Source: the human T2T-CHM13v2.0 reference genome, Homo sapiens
DNA length: 64,000 bases
Reading direction: 5' to 3' (one strand)
Assembly (NCBI RefSeq): GCF_009914755.1
Contig: NC_060933.1
The notes beneath the pieces are model-generated. The model was not told where the DNA came from and did not search any database. It saw only the letters and a program-made list of their open reading frames with translations. Positions within the stretch are counted from its first letter, which is position 1, and every line of letters begins with the position of its first letter. The position numbers were made by a program, and so were the translations under genes. Shown piece by piece: positions 26,150 through 40,400 of the stretch.

Positions 26150-26330
26150 CCTGAGCTGCCCGTAGAACTTTCTGTGATCATGGAGATGCACATCTGTGCT
26201 TCCCAATATTGTAACACTGGCCACAGGTTGATACGGACCACTTCCAGTGTGACTAGTGTGATCGAGGAACTGCATTTTAAATATTATGTAATTGTAATTA
26301 ATTTTAATTTAAATAGCCACACATAGCTCC
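26150..26330. mobile_element. hAT-Charlie MITE (MER3-like)
   Basis: tagaactttctgtgat..gga...gaggaactgcattttaaat...ttaatttaaatagccaca. Confidence 0.65.
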
Positions 26331-26659
26331 TCTATGGGGCAGGTCAGAGCTCTGATAAGGCTGGATATGGGAGGAAACCCTGGTATAGGGTTGACCGTAG
26401 AGGTTCTTTTGGTTTTGGAGTGAATCAGGAAACAGCCATCAGCTGAGTGAAGGTGAGGGTGGTGGTGGGTGTTTGAAGACAAGGGAAAAGTGTGAAAGAA
26501 TTATTTGGAGAGGAAGGAAAGAAAGTGTGGACTGGGGATGTTTCTAATGTTTGAGCACGCAGGGCTCCACAGTTATCTACATTTGCTGTCCCTTGGAGCA
26601 GGAGAGAAGAAAATGGTTGGGACATATTCTGAACAGACTGTAGAGGTAAAATGTGTAGG

Positions 26660-26966
26660 GTTTTTTTTTGTTTTTTTTGTTTTTTGAGATGGAATCTCGC
26701 TCTATTGCCCAGGCTGGAGTGCAGTGGCACGATCTTGACTCACTGCAACCTCCGTCTCCCAGGTTCAAGCGATTCTCTCACCTCTGCCTCCTGAGTAGTT
26801 GGGACTACAGGCACGCACCACCATGCCCAGCTGATTTTGGTATTTTTAGTAGAGACAGGGTTTCACCATGTTGGCGAGGCTGGTTTCAAACTCCTGACCT
26901 CATGTGATCTGCCCGCCTCGGCCTCCCAAAGTGCTGGATTACAGGCATGAGCCACTGTACCCGGCC
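26660..26966 (-). mobile_element. AluS
   Basis: Full-length antisense Alu; TSD aaatgtgtag. Confidence 0.92.
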
Positions 26967-27112
26967 AAATGTGTAGTATTTTTAATAGGATAAAGCCTAC
27001 ATAATTCTGTCCACAGTTCCTTTACTTAGAAATTGCTCATTTGTTCATGTTAATCCTATGTTTATTACAAATAACAGCATACAGGTTTCCCCCCCCACCC
27101 CATCATGTACAG

Positions 27113-27301
27113 CTGAATCACGTAGAATTTGAAGATCAAGATGATGAAGCCAGAGTTCAGTATGAGGGTTTTCGACCTGGGATGTATGTCCGCGTTGAGA
27201 TTGAAAATGTTCCCTGTGAATTTGTGCAGAACTTTGACCCCCATTACCCCATTATCCTGGGTGGCTTGGGCAACAGTGAAGGAAATGTTGGACACGTGCA
27301 G
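27113..27301 (+). pseudogene. BMS1P: BMS1P exon C
   Basis: tacag|[27 protein letters not shown]...EGNVGHVQ|gtgggt; 189 bp, open. Confidence 0.95.
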
Positions 27302-27385
27302 GTGGGTCCCTTTGCTGTGTATTTGGTGCCTGAGGCTCTGTGGATTTCCCCTCCATCAATCATCTTACCCTCTCATCCCCCTCAG

Positions 27386-27566
27386 ATGCGTCTGAAGAAA
27401 CATCGCTGGTATAAGAAAATCCTCAAGTCCCAAGATCCAATCATATTTTCTGTAGGGTGGAGGAGGTTTCAGACCATCCTGCTCTATTATATCGAAGACC
27501 ACAATGGAAGACAAAGGCTTCTAAAGTATACGCCACAGCACATCCATTGTGGAGCAGCCTTTTGGG
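27386..27566 (+). pseudogene. BMS1P: BMS1P exon D
   Basis: ctcag|[15 protein letters not shown]...HCGAAFW G|gtaaaa; 181 bp, open. Confidence 0.95.
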
Positions 27567-27812
27567 GTAAAATATGATTACAATAACTTGCCTATTGCCG
27601 AGATTAAACTTTACAGGCTGTGTTATTTTAGCTTTGTGCTTTTCCTTTCATAAAATTCCACTCCTAAGATGTTTCTCTTTTCTGGGAGCGGGGAGGTGGT
27701 TTGGAGTATATATGTACATCTATATCCAAATCTAAGTGTCCATATCCAGTATGTTAAACTAGAATCTAAAATTTCTGGTTTGCTATATTTCTTTTTTTCC
27801 TTTTCCTTTAAG

Positions 27813-27871
27813 ACCCTATCACTCCACAGGGAACTGGTTTCTTGGCAATACAGTCTGTCAGTGGCATAATG
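27813..27871 (+). pseudogene. BMS1P: BMS1P exon E
   Basis: tttaag|..PITPQGTGFLAIQSVSGIM|gtaact; 59 bp, open. Confidence 0.92.
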
Positions 27872-28405
27872 GTAACTATCTTGGACGATTTCTTTTACAG
27901 ATTGGTTTGAGAAATATATCCTGAATGTGGGTTATTATGTACATGAGACTTTAAGTTGAAAATTACTCATTTTTATTAATATAAAGTAAATTTCCCTTTG
28001 CTTTTAATCTTCGTACATCCTTTTCAGTAGGGTGTGGGATTAGAGGAGGGGAGGTGGAAGAATTATAATGGTACATTTCCTATTTTTATGCATCTTTTGC
28101 ATTTATTTATCCAAGCAAGTATTTAAGCAGTGCTCACCATGTGCTAAGCACTATATGAGGTTATGAGGAGCCGTCAGAGACCACCCAGACACAAGACTCC
28201 CTGCAGCTGTGCTGGGGTAGCAGTCTGTTCACTCCATTTTCATTTGACCAGTCAGGCAGGGCAGGGTTTACTGGTCCCATTTAACAGAGAAGAAAGCAGA
28301 ATAATGAGCAGATGGAATCTTCCCTGGAGGTCCAAATTTTAATTTCCTAAACATTGCAACTGTATTTTTCTTTTCCATTTCGTTCCAAATAAATCATTAT
28401 AGTAA

Positions 28406-28805
<400 letters not shown>

Positions 28806-28970
28806 TAAAGTTTTGGATTGCTTTTGTCAAACCAATGGGTTGCAAGTTCAGATGGTCTCTCTTGTTTTTCTTAACTAATTGTAAGTAAAATTCACTTTGG
28901 TAATTTATAGAATTGAAGTTTTTCTCTTGCTAATATTATTCCTATTTTCAAATTTTGGGGCTCCTGTTAG

Positions 28971-29093
28971 CCTGATTTTCGGATAGCTGCCACAGGAGTT
29001 GTCCTTGATCTGGATAAATCCATAAAAGTTGTGAAGAAATTAAAGCTAACTGGTTTTCCATATAAAATTTTCAAGAACACTTCATTTATTAAG
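28971..29093 (+). pseudogene. BMS1P: BMS1P exon F
   Basis: gttag|[41 protein letters not shown]|gtctgt; 123 bp, open. Confidence 0.95.
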
Positions 29094-30007
29094 GTCTGTA
29101 TATCTATATATTCTCATATTTATAAATGTCCATATTGTTTGAGAAAAGGAATGAAATACCTCTAAAATGTGGGCCTCTTATTTTTAGAAAAGTGTTTGAA
29201 ATCTTTTATAAACTTCATATTTTGTTTGCTCCTTTATATTCTGTATTACTTAAATATGCTCAAAAAAGCAGTGGTAAACAGCTATTTAGGAATTGAGGCT
29301 GTTACTCCTGACTTCCATGTGAGACTGCCACAGAACTCATATTGAAAATATGTCATTTTATCCACTAGGTTTTGTTTCCTACTTTTTAAATTGGTGTTAA
29401 GAAAGGGAAAAAAATCACAAGTTTGTCTAACTCAGTAGAAAAATCGACAAAGCATTTGCAGACAACTTGGCAAGGGTACAGAGAAACAGATGTACTGTTT
29501 TTTGGTATTTTGGGAGGGTGGTTTGAGCAGCATTTATTGACAATTTCATTAGTGGGGATGTTTCTATTGAAAACAGTGTTAGGAAGTCATAAAATGTTCT
29601 TGCAATATAAGGTAATAATACCACTGGCGTTTATCTTACTGTTTTCATGTTCTAAGTGCATGCATCTGAGTAAAAGGATCTGGGCTGCAGTCCAGTCTGA
29701 GAGATGCCAGCAAAGGCTTCCTAGGCCAATTCAGTCCAGTAAATCCCTCTTCGATCTTCTCTTCCACACAGACAGCAGTGATGAGCATGCCCATGAACTC
29801 ACATGATTATTTTGGGGAAAATGAAAGAGTTGTATTCTTTTTGAGGTAGTAATTCCACTTTCAGGGGCAAATACATTTTGATTATTTTATCACCCTTCAG
29901 TGAGTTGTTTTTGTTCTTTAATCACGGATGTATGTTTGAAGTAAGAAGTAAAGCATAAAGTATATGATTTTGTGTGTGTGTGTGTTTTTATCTTGCTATA
30001 CCTGTAG

Positions 30008-30155
30008 GGAATGTTTAATTCTGCCTTGGAAGTGGCCAAATTTGAAGATGCTGTGATTCGAACTGTCAGTGGGATAAGGGGGCAGATCAAGAGAGCACTC
30101 TGAGCTCCAGAAGGAGCTTTCCAGGATAGCTTTGAGGATAAGCTGCGGATGAGCG
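30008..30155 (+). pseudogene. BMS1P: BMS1P exon G (premature TGA at 30101-30103)
   Basis: tgtag|[37 protein letters not shown]...MS G|gtgagt. Confidence 0.95.
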
Positions 30156-30497
30156 GTGAGTGTCTTAAGTAGTGTTCAGGGCAGGGTGTTACCATTCATG
30201 CTTGACTTCTAGCCAGTGTGACGAGAGGCTGGAGTCAGGTCTCCAGAGAGTTGAGCAGCTCCAGCCTTAGATCTCCCAGTCTTATGCAGTGTGCCCATTT
30301 GCCTTGTGTCTGCAGTCCCCTGGCCACACCCAGTAACAGTTCTGTGATCTATGAGAATAGTTTCCTTAGCGAGCTTTCCCTTCAAATACTTTGCAGCCAG
30401 GTAGAGAAGTTTGGAGTGAAGATTTTGTTCTTTGTTTCTTCACAATATGGATATGAATCTTCTTTTGAAAACGTTAAAGTAAATTACCTCTTTTCAG

Positions 30498-30673
30498 ATA
30501 TTGTCTTCATGCGAACTTGGTATCCTGTTTCCATCCCAGCCTTCTATAACCCAGTAACATCTTTGTTGAAACCAGTGGGTGAGAAAGACACCTGGTCAGG
30601 AATGTGGACCACGGGCCAACTCAGGCTCGCCCATGGTGTCAGACTAAAGACAAACAAGGACTCTCTGTATAAG
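30498..30673 (+). pseudogene. BMS1P: BMS1P exon H
   Basis: ttttcag|.IVFMRTWYPVSIPAFYNPVTSLLKPVGEKDTWSGM...KDSLYK|gtactg. Confidence 0.95.
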
Positions 30674-31768
30674 GTACTGGTCGTGTGTGTGTTAGTGGAG
30701 ATGAAGCCTGTGCTCTACAGACAGTGAGTCACACAGACACTTTTCTATAATTTCTTACATACTTTGAATGTTCAAGTATAAAGTCTAATGTTAAATTTGA
30801 TTGAACAATTGTATATTTGTGGGATATTTTGGAATGGAACACCAAAAAATGGTAATAGTGGTTCTTTCTGGATTGAAGGAAAACTTTTCTTTTTTAAAAT
30901 AAATTTTATTTTATATATTTGAGGTTGACAACATGATCTTAAAGGATACATATAGATAGTAAACTGGTTACTATAGTGAAGCAAATTAACATAGCTACCA
31001 TCTCACATAGTTAGATTTTTGTATGTGTGACAGGAACAGCTAAAATCTACTTATTTAACAAAAATCCCAAAGACAATATATTTTTATTAACTATTGCCCT
31101 CATGATGTACACTAGATCTCTAACTTGTTCATCCTACATGTCTGCTACTTTGTATTATTTTAATGTACATCTCCCCATTTCCTATTGGTCATTTCCTATT
31201 TGGCCCATTTTTCAACTGGGTTGTTTTTCTGCTCTTAAGTTGTAAGAGTTCTTTACTGATTTTTGGATATTAACACTTTATCAGATATGTGGTTTGCAAA
31301 TATTTCTTCCAGTCTGTAGGTTCCCCTTTCATTTTGTTGGTTGTTCCTTTGCTGTGCAGAAGCTTTTTAGTTTGATGCAGTCCTCCTTGTTTATGTTTAC
31401 ATTTGTAGCCTGGCTTGTGGTGCGACATCCGAAAAATTATTGCTAAGGCCAATGTCAAGAGGCTTTCCCCCTATGTTTTCTTCTAGGAGTTTTATGGTTT
31501 CAGGTCTGGGTCTTTGGTCTTGTATCTGTTTTGAGTTGATTTTTGTGTATGGTGTATGATCAGGGTCCAATTTTATTCTTTTGCATGTGAAAATCCTATT
31601 ATTGAAGAGACTATCTTTTTTACCATTGTGTTGTCTTGTTTGCCCTTGTCAAAAATTAGTTGACAGTATATGTTTGGATTTATTTCAAAGGTCTCTGTTA
31701 CGTTCCATTGGTCTATTTTTTTGTTTTTATGCCAGCACCATACTGTTTTGATTACTATAGCTTTGTAA

Positions 31769-32192
<424 letters not shown>

Positions 32193-33124
32193 AGGATTGT
32201 TTTATTCTGTTCTGTGAAGAATGTCATCAGAACTTTGATGAGGATTGTGTTAAATCTGTATATTTGCTTTGGGTAGTGTGAACATTTTAACAATATTAAT
32301 TCTTCTGATCCATAAACATAGGATGTCTTTCCATTTGTTCATGTCTAGATTTCTTTCATCAATGTTTTATGGTTTTTAAGTGTACACATCTCTCACCTTC
32401 TTGGTTAAATTTATTCCTAAGTTTTTGTTTTTCTTTGATGCTATCGTAAATGAGATTATTTTCTTGATTGCTTCATCAGCTAGGTTATTTGTATACAGAA
32501 ATGCAACTGATTTTTATATGTTGAGTTTATACCTTGCAGCTTAACTGAATTGATTTAGTAGTTCTCACAGTTTTTTGTGGACTCTTTGGAGTTTTTTACG
32601 TAAAGGATCTTGTCATCTGCAAATAGAGATAATTTTACTTCTTTAATTTAGTTGCCTTTTTTTTCTCATCTGATTGCTCTTGCAAGTACTCTATTGAATA
32701 AAAGTGATGAGGCTGGCCATCCCTATCTTGTACTCAATCTTAGTGGAAAAGCTTTAGTTGTTCCCCACTAACTATGATTAGACTGTGGGTTTTTCATAAA
32801 TGGTGTTTATTATGTTGAGGAACTTTCTTTCTATACATAAACTATTAAGAGGTTTTATCAAGAAATGTTGCTAAACTTTGTTAAATGCTTTTACTGCATC
32901 AATTGAGGTGACCATGTCATTTTATCTTTCATTTTGTTAATGTGATATATCACATTGATTGATTTACATATTTTAAACCAGCCTTGCATGCCAGGGATAA
33001 ATCCCACTTAAACACGATGTATAATGTTTTTGATGTGTTGTTGAATTCTATTTGCTAAAATTTTTTTAGGATGTTTGCATCAGTATTTAATTTATTGGAG
33101 AAGTTGACCTGTAGTTTTTGTTTG

Positions 33125-33125
33125 G

Positions 33126-33191
<66 letters not shown>
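33125..33191. repeat. (TG)n microsatellite
   Basis: Interrupted TG run of ~65 bp. Confidence 0.95.
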
Positions 33192-33195
<4 letters not shown>

Positions 33196-33864
33196 GGTTT
33201 GGCTTAGGTATTAAGGTGATACTGGCCTGGTAAAATGTGTTTGGAATTGTTTCCTCTCACTCTGTTTTTGCGAAGAGTTTAAGAAGTAAACTCCCAGGGG
33301 ATGGGAGTGACTCTGGACATGGGAGTGACATGATAGTGACTCTGGACCCTGCAGTGGTGGGACACAGCAGCATCTCAGTCTATGAAAGGCCAGGCACAGC
33401 ATCAGCAAGGACCCCAGAATGGTGGAGCACTACTGTGGCTTGGGCCCTCGGGGGCAGGGACCAGTACAGCAACTACTTCTCTCCCTGGGGAGGCAGGTGC
33501 CTGGGCAACTCAGATTCTCCAGGGCTAGTCCAGTTCCAAGGAAGCAGGGTTCTACAGTTGTTTGTCCTGAAGGGCAAGGTACCCCAGTTCAGCCAATGCC
33601 GTTTTCCTGGGATATGGGGGTGCCATGTTGGCTCATCCCTGGCAGGTGTGGCTGCTCAGCTCAGCCAAGACACTGATTCCCTGTGAAGCAGGGCAGTGCT
33701 TCAGCTCTCGTGCAGTGGGGGGTGTGACTGCTTAGACTGGCCAAGACACTGATTCCCTGGAAAGCAGGGCACCAAGTCAGCTCAGGCTCCAAGGGGCAGG
33801 GCACAATGGCAGCTGGGAGGGGAGGGGCACAGCAGCGTGGCCCCGCAGGTGGGGTGTATGCTGT

Positions 33865-34290
33865 GATGTGGACATCATTTGTTCCCACCAGCCATTTGAA
33901 ATTTCATCCATTTGAAATTTGATTCCAAATGTGGTGGTGTGGGAGGTGGGGCCTAGTGGGAGTTATTTGGGTCACAGGGCAGATCCTTTATGAATAGATT
34001 AATGCCTTTTCATGGGACTGGATTAGTTACCAGGAGTGGATTGTTATCAGAGTGAGTTCAGCTTCCTAGACTCTTGTGTTTCCTCTCTTGCCATGTGAGC
34101 CCCTTGCATACACCTGTTTCGTCTTCCACTTTCCCCATGAGATGAAGCAGCACAAGACCCTCACCAGTTGTGCTGCCTGATCTCGGACTTTTCAGACACA
34201 AGCAGGGTGAGCCAAATAAACCTTTTTTATAGAATAAGTTACCCCGAGTCTCAAGTATTCTGTTACAGCCACACTAAATGGCCTAAGACA
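33865..34290 (+). mobile_element. MaLR solo LTR (MSTB-like) with AATAAA at 34215-34220
   Basis: gggaggtggggcctagtggga...tgaatagattaatgcc...gtgagccaaataaacc...tattctgttacagc...ctaagaca. Confidence 0.85.
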
Positions 34291-34914
34291 GTGTAACAGC
34301 GGCTCGGGGGTGGTGGGCCACTAGGTGGGTGTGATATAGAGCAACAAAGCCTGAGGATGGAAGAAGGGTGCGGTGGCTGCTCACCCTGGGTGGGACATGC
34401 TCCCGAAGTGGTCCAGGTCCAGGAGGGCACGTTGCAGCAGCAGCTGGTCCATGGGGGTGGGGCACAATGTCAGTTCCTTCTCTGAGGGGAGTGCTGGGGC
34501 TACTGGGCCCCTCTTGCTTCCTTATCCCTGCAGGGAGACATCCCCTCTGCTTCAGGCTGATCCCTCTGGGGGAATGGGTGGTGGGGGCCAGATGTTTCCT
34601 TCCCTCCTTTACGTGACCGTCCTGTTTTCCGGGCTCTACTGGATTTCTGCTACTCCTTGATGCACTCTGGGGCTCTCCTTTAGTGACTTTCATCAAAATA
34701 TAGCTGTTTGCTGCTTTGGCTGTCTTTGTCAGGGGATGAGTGCAAGGGGCTATTGATCAGCCCTTAGCTGGCATCACTCCCTCTTAAACTTTTCACTGGA
34801 TACTCTTTTGAACTATTTTTCCCCCCACCATATACATGTATTTTTTAAACGTTAATGTGCTAATTTCTACTAAAGCAATGTGGATTTTTCTGAAAGCTTT
34901 AATGTTTTAATAAG

Positions 34915-35525
34915 CTTTTTATTGAAATGTTAATGTACATACAGAAGAGTGCCCGAATCATAAGTGTGCATCTAGATGAACTGTAGCACACCAGGCTGCC
35001 ACGCCCTGGACCAAGCAGTAGCCTTGACCTGTGGCCTCTCCCAGGCACTGCTGCCCCAACCCACAAAATAGCTACTTTCCCAGTTCCTGATGTAGATTTG
35101 TTCTGCCTGGTTTTGACTTCTATAAAATACAGCACATTCTATTTAGCCTGGCTTCTTTGGTTCAGTATTACAGAACACATCCATGTTCTTGTCTATGGCA
35201 GACATTGATTTATCGTCATTGTTGAGTTCCATTATATGACTGTGTCACCATTTTTCCATTGATGAGTAAAATGATTTCCTATTTTTGGCTGTTATCCCAC
35301 GGCCCTGAACAGTAAGTCTGCATATGGGACTTGCAGGTATGCAGGGGCACACCCACTTCTGCTGGAGGATCCCTGGGTGGGGTGGAGACTCCAGGGCACC
35401 TGTGCTCTGCTTCAGTGTGGAGGCTTCTGTGTTGTGTTCTGGGAGCACAGTGGCTTGGCCTCCGCCACCAGCAGCAGCTTGAAGAGTTCCTGCTGTTCCA
35501 CATGCTTGCCAACAATTGGCCTCTT
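34915..35525 (-). mobile_element. Old L1ME-like 3' end
   Basis: tttttattgaaatg...catacagaagagtgc...ttttgcctgg-like and attccattatatg-like motifs. Confidence 0.6.
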
Positions 35526-36040
35526 CAGTTTTTTTTTTTTTTTTTTTTTTTAGGTTTTCAGTGCCTGCCTGGACTTGTGTTTTCATTTAGATTTTGGTTT
35601 CTTAGAACTTTCGTTATTCTCTTCACAGCTTAACAATGCATTTGAAAAGATTTGTTTTCATGTGGAGTATTCAGTTTTGTAATAGGAGGGTTGTTCAAGG
35701 CATCAGTCTGCCACTCTGCTAGAAACAGAATTCTCCCAGGCATTTCTTTTTATATAAAGTAGTTAATGAAATTTTGAACCATCTTACATGAATTTTTATT
35801 AAAATACACTTCAGGATGTGGTGCCCATTATCCATTCTACTCTTTTGTAACAAGTAGATTTCTCTGAATTCTTGAATTTGAAAACAATTGGGGTTCCTAA
35901 ACAGAGAATATGGAATATTATTGGGGATGATGTCTTTAATAATACATCTCAAGATAGGAGAAACTTTTTCTATATAGTTGACTTTAATAAAAGCCTAGGG
36001 CAAAACTTTCAATATATTAACAGTATTTATGAGGCAGTTA

Positions 36041-36281
<241 letters not shown>

Positions 36282-36461
36282 TTAAGATTACATTGAAAAT
36301 TCAGTACAGAGTATTTTGCCTTCATCTGTTGTTTGAGTCTCCCTTCTTTCAGCCATCCTTCCATCAGAAATAGAATACCAAGTTAAACTTCTTAATTAGA
36401 ATCAGGAATCAGGACTCTTTGGCTGCTGATTGAAGGAAGAACTGTCCTTAAATCCAGAGTG

Positions 36462-36763
36462 GGCCGGGCATGGTGGCTCATGCCTGTAATCCTAGCACTT
36501 TGGGAGGCCAAGGCAGATGGATCACCTGAGGTCAGGAGTTCAAGAGCAGCATGACCAACATGGTGAAACCCCATCTCTACTGAAAATACAAAAATTAGCC
36601 GGGCGTGGTGGTGTGTGCCTATAGTCCCAGATACTTCGGAGGCTGAGATAGGAGAATTGCTTGAACCTGGGAGGTGGAGGTTATGTGAGCCAAGATCACG
36701 CCACTCCACTCTAGCCTGGGCGACAGGGCGAGACTCCATCTCAAAAAAAAAAAAAAAAAAAAA
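36462..36763 (+). mobile_element. AluS (Sx-like)
   Basis: Full-length dimer with poly-A; TSD aaatccagagtgg. Confidence 0.92.
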
Positions 36764-37464
36764 ATCCAGAGTGGTTGGTAGTCAAGACAAAAAGCTAGAT
36801 TATTTTTGTTAGTCTGGGAACTAAAAAAAATAGTTGTAACTTTGAAGCCTTTTTATGGATCAACATGAAGTTTGAGGGATCTCAAACAGAAAGGGCATCC
36901 TGGTGGCAAAGGTTAATCATTACCAGACTGCAAGAGTAGTTTCAATGGCAAGAAAGCAGCAACAGAATCAATGAAAACAAAGCAATGATTAGAATGCCCT
37001 TTCCCCTTCTCCTCCTGACTTGTAGACACTGATTGTCTTCCTTGGACTTAGGGAACCCCTTAGGTTCTTGAAAAAATTCAATGATCAGGCTATAGTAGAT
37101 GGTCCCCAGTACACAGCACAAGATTTTTTGATAAACTGGACATTTTGAAACCCAAATAACTAATTAGAAAAATCAAACATGTGAAACTACTTTATCCTAT
37201 GCATAGGGGTTATACTGGAAATAAAATGTACAACATTGGAATCCTGAAGGAGAAAAGTCCTAAAAGTTTCAATATCAAGAATCCTGCACCTGCTGCTACT
37301 TATCTAGCCTTTTGCTTGATTTCTGGCTGATGAACTTGCACAACTCTTGAAAACTTAAAAACTTGAAAATTTGTCACTTGAAAACTACTTGAACCAAACT
37401 ATGAAATCTCACCTGATATATAAGATGCAATTGTTACAATTATTTTAAACTTCAATTTACTGTT

Positions 37465-40400
37465 TTGCTCTATCAAAAGAAAGTTTCAACTCTGTTAGTT
37501 GAGTACACACATCCTAAACAAGTTTCTGAGAATGCTTCTGTCTAGTTTTTATGGGAAGATATTTCCTTTTTCACCTTAGGCCTCAATGCGCTCCAAATGT
37601 GCACTTCCAGATACTACAAAAAGAGTGTTTCAAACCTGCTCTATGAAAGGGAATGTTCAACTCTGTGACTTGAATGCAAACATCACAGAGATGTTTCTGA
37701 GAATGCTTCTGTCTAGATTTTATATGAAGATATTCCTGTTTCCAATGAAATCCTCAAAGCTATCCAAATATCCACTTGCAGATTCTACAAAAAGAGTGTT
37801 TCAAAACTGCTCTATCAAAAGAAAGGTTCAACTCTGTCAGTTGAGTACACACATCACAAACAAGTTTCTGAGAATGCTTCTGTCTAGTTTTTATGGGAAG
37901 ATATTTCCTTTTTCACCATAGGCCACAAAGCGCTCCAAATGTCCAGTTGCAGATACTACAAAAAGAGTGTTTCAAACCTGCTCTATGAAAGCGAATGTTC
38001 AACTTTGTGACTTGAATGCAAACATCACAAAGACGTTTCTGATAATGCTTCTGTCTAGATTTTATCTGAAGATATTCCCGTTTCTAACGAAAACCTCAAA
38101 GCTATCCAAATATCCACTTGCAGATTCTACAAAAAGAGTGTTTCAAAACTGCTGTATCAAAGGAAAGGTTCAACTCTGTGAGTTCAGTACACACATCACA
38201 AGGAAGATTCTGAGAATTCTTCTGTCTAGTTTTTATGGGAAGATATTTCCTTTTTCACAATAGTCCTCAACGCCCTCCGAGTTTCCATTTGCAGATTCGA
38301 CAAAAAGAGTGTCTTAAAACTGCTCTGTGAAAAGGAATATTCAACTCACTGAGTTGATTGCAAGCACCAAAAAGAAGTTTCTGAGAATGCTTCTGTCTAG
38401 TTTTTATGTGAAGATATTCCCGTTTCCAATGAAAGCTGCCAAGCTATCCAAATATCCACTTGTAGATACTACAAAAAGACTGTTTCAAACTGGTGTATCA
38501 AAAGAAATGTTAAACTCTGTGAGTTGAGTACACACATCACAAAGAGGTTTCTGAGAATGCTTCTCTCTTGTTTTTATGTGAAGATATTCCTGTTTCCAAC
38601 AAAATCCTCAAAGCTATCCATATATCCACTTGCAGATTCTACAAAAAGTGTGTTTCAAAACTGCTCTATCAAAAGAAAAGTTCAACTCTGTGAGTTGAGT
38701 ACACACATCACAAAGAAGTTTCTGAGAATTCTTCTGTCTAGTTTTTATGGAAGATATTTCCTTTCTCACCATAGGCCTCAAAGCGCTCCAAGTTTCCACT
38801 TCCATATACTACAAAAATTGTGTTTCCAAACTGCTCTATGAAAAGGAATGTTCAACTCAGTGAGTTGAATGCAAGCATCACAAAGAAGTTTCTGAGAATG
38901 CTTCTCTCTAGTTTCTATGTGAAGTTATTCCCGTTTCCAATGAAATACTCAAAGCTGTCCTAATATCCACTGGTAAAGTCTACAAAAACAGTTTTTCAAA
39001 ACTGCCTTTTCAAAGGAAAGGTTTAACTCTGTAAGTTGAGTAAACACATCACAAAGTAGTTTCTGAGAATCCTTCCGTCCACTTTTTAGGTGAAGATATT
39101 TCGTTTTTCACCATAGGTCTCAAATCGCTCCAAATGTCCACATGCAGATTTCACAAAAAGAGAGTTTCAAAACTGCTCTATGAAAGGGAATGTTCAACTC
39201 TGTGAGTGGAATGCAAAGATAACAAAGAAGTTTCTGAGAATGCTTCTGTCTAGTTTTTACGTGAAGATATTCCCCTTTACAACGAAAGCCTCAAAGCTAT
39301 CTAAATATCCACTTGCAGATTCTAAAAAGGAGTGTTTCAAACGTGCTGTATCAAAAGAAAGGTTAAACTCTGTGAGTTGAGTACACACATGACAAAGAAG
39401 TTTCTGAGAATGCTTCTGTCTCATTTTTATGTGAGGATATTTCGTTTTTTACCATAGGCCTCAAAGCGCTCCAAATGTCCACTACCAGATACAAAAAAAA
39501 GAGTGTTTCAGAACTTCTGTATGAAAAGGAATGTTCAACTCTGAGAGTTGAATGCAAACATCACAAAGTGGTTTCTGAGAATGCTTCTGTCTGGTTTTTA
39601 TGTGAAGATAATCCCGTTTCCAATGAAATCCTCAAAGATATCCAAATATGCACTTGCAGATTTTACAAAAAGTGTGTTTCAAAACAGCTCTATCAAAAGA
39701 AAAGTTCAACTCTGTTAATTGAGTACACACATCACAAAGAAGTTTCTGAGAGTTCTTCTGTCTAGTTTTTATGGGAAGATATTTCGTTTTTCACCATAGG
39801 CCTCAAAGCGCTCCAAGTTTCCACTTACAGATTCTACAAAAAAAGTGTTTCAAAACTACTCTATGAAAAGGAATGTTCAACTCAGTGAGTTGATTGCAAG
39901 CACCACAAAGAAGTTTCTGAGAATGCTTCTGTGTAGTTTTTATGTGAAGGGATACCCGTTTCCAACGAAGGCCTCAAAGCTGTCCAAACATCCACTTGCA
40001 AATACTACAACAAAAGTGGTTCCAATCTGCTCTATCAAAAGAAAGATTCAACTCTGGGAGTTGAATGCACACATCACAAAGAAGTTTCTGAGAATGCTTC
40101 TGTATAGTTTTTAATTGAAGATATTCCCGTTTCCAACGAAATCCTCAAAGCTATCCAAATATCCACTTGCAGATTCTACAAAAAGAGTGTTTCAAACCTG
40201 CTCTATCAAAAGAAAAATTCAACTCTGTGAGTTGAATGCACACATCACTAAGAGGTTTCAGAGAATGCTTCTGTCTAGTCTTTATGTGAAGGTATTCCTG
40301 TTTCCAGTGAAGGCCTCAGAGCGGTCCAAATATCCCCTTACGAAGTCTACTAAAAGAGTGTTTCAAAACTGCTCTATGATAAGGTATGTTCAAATCTGTG

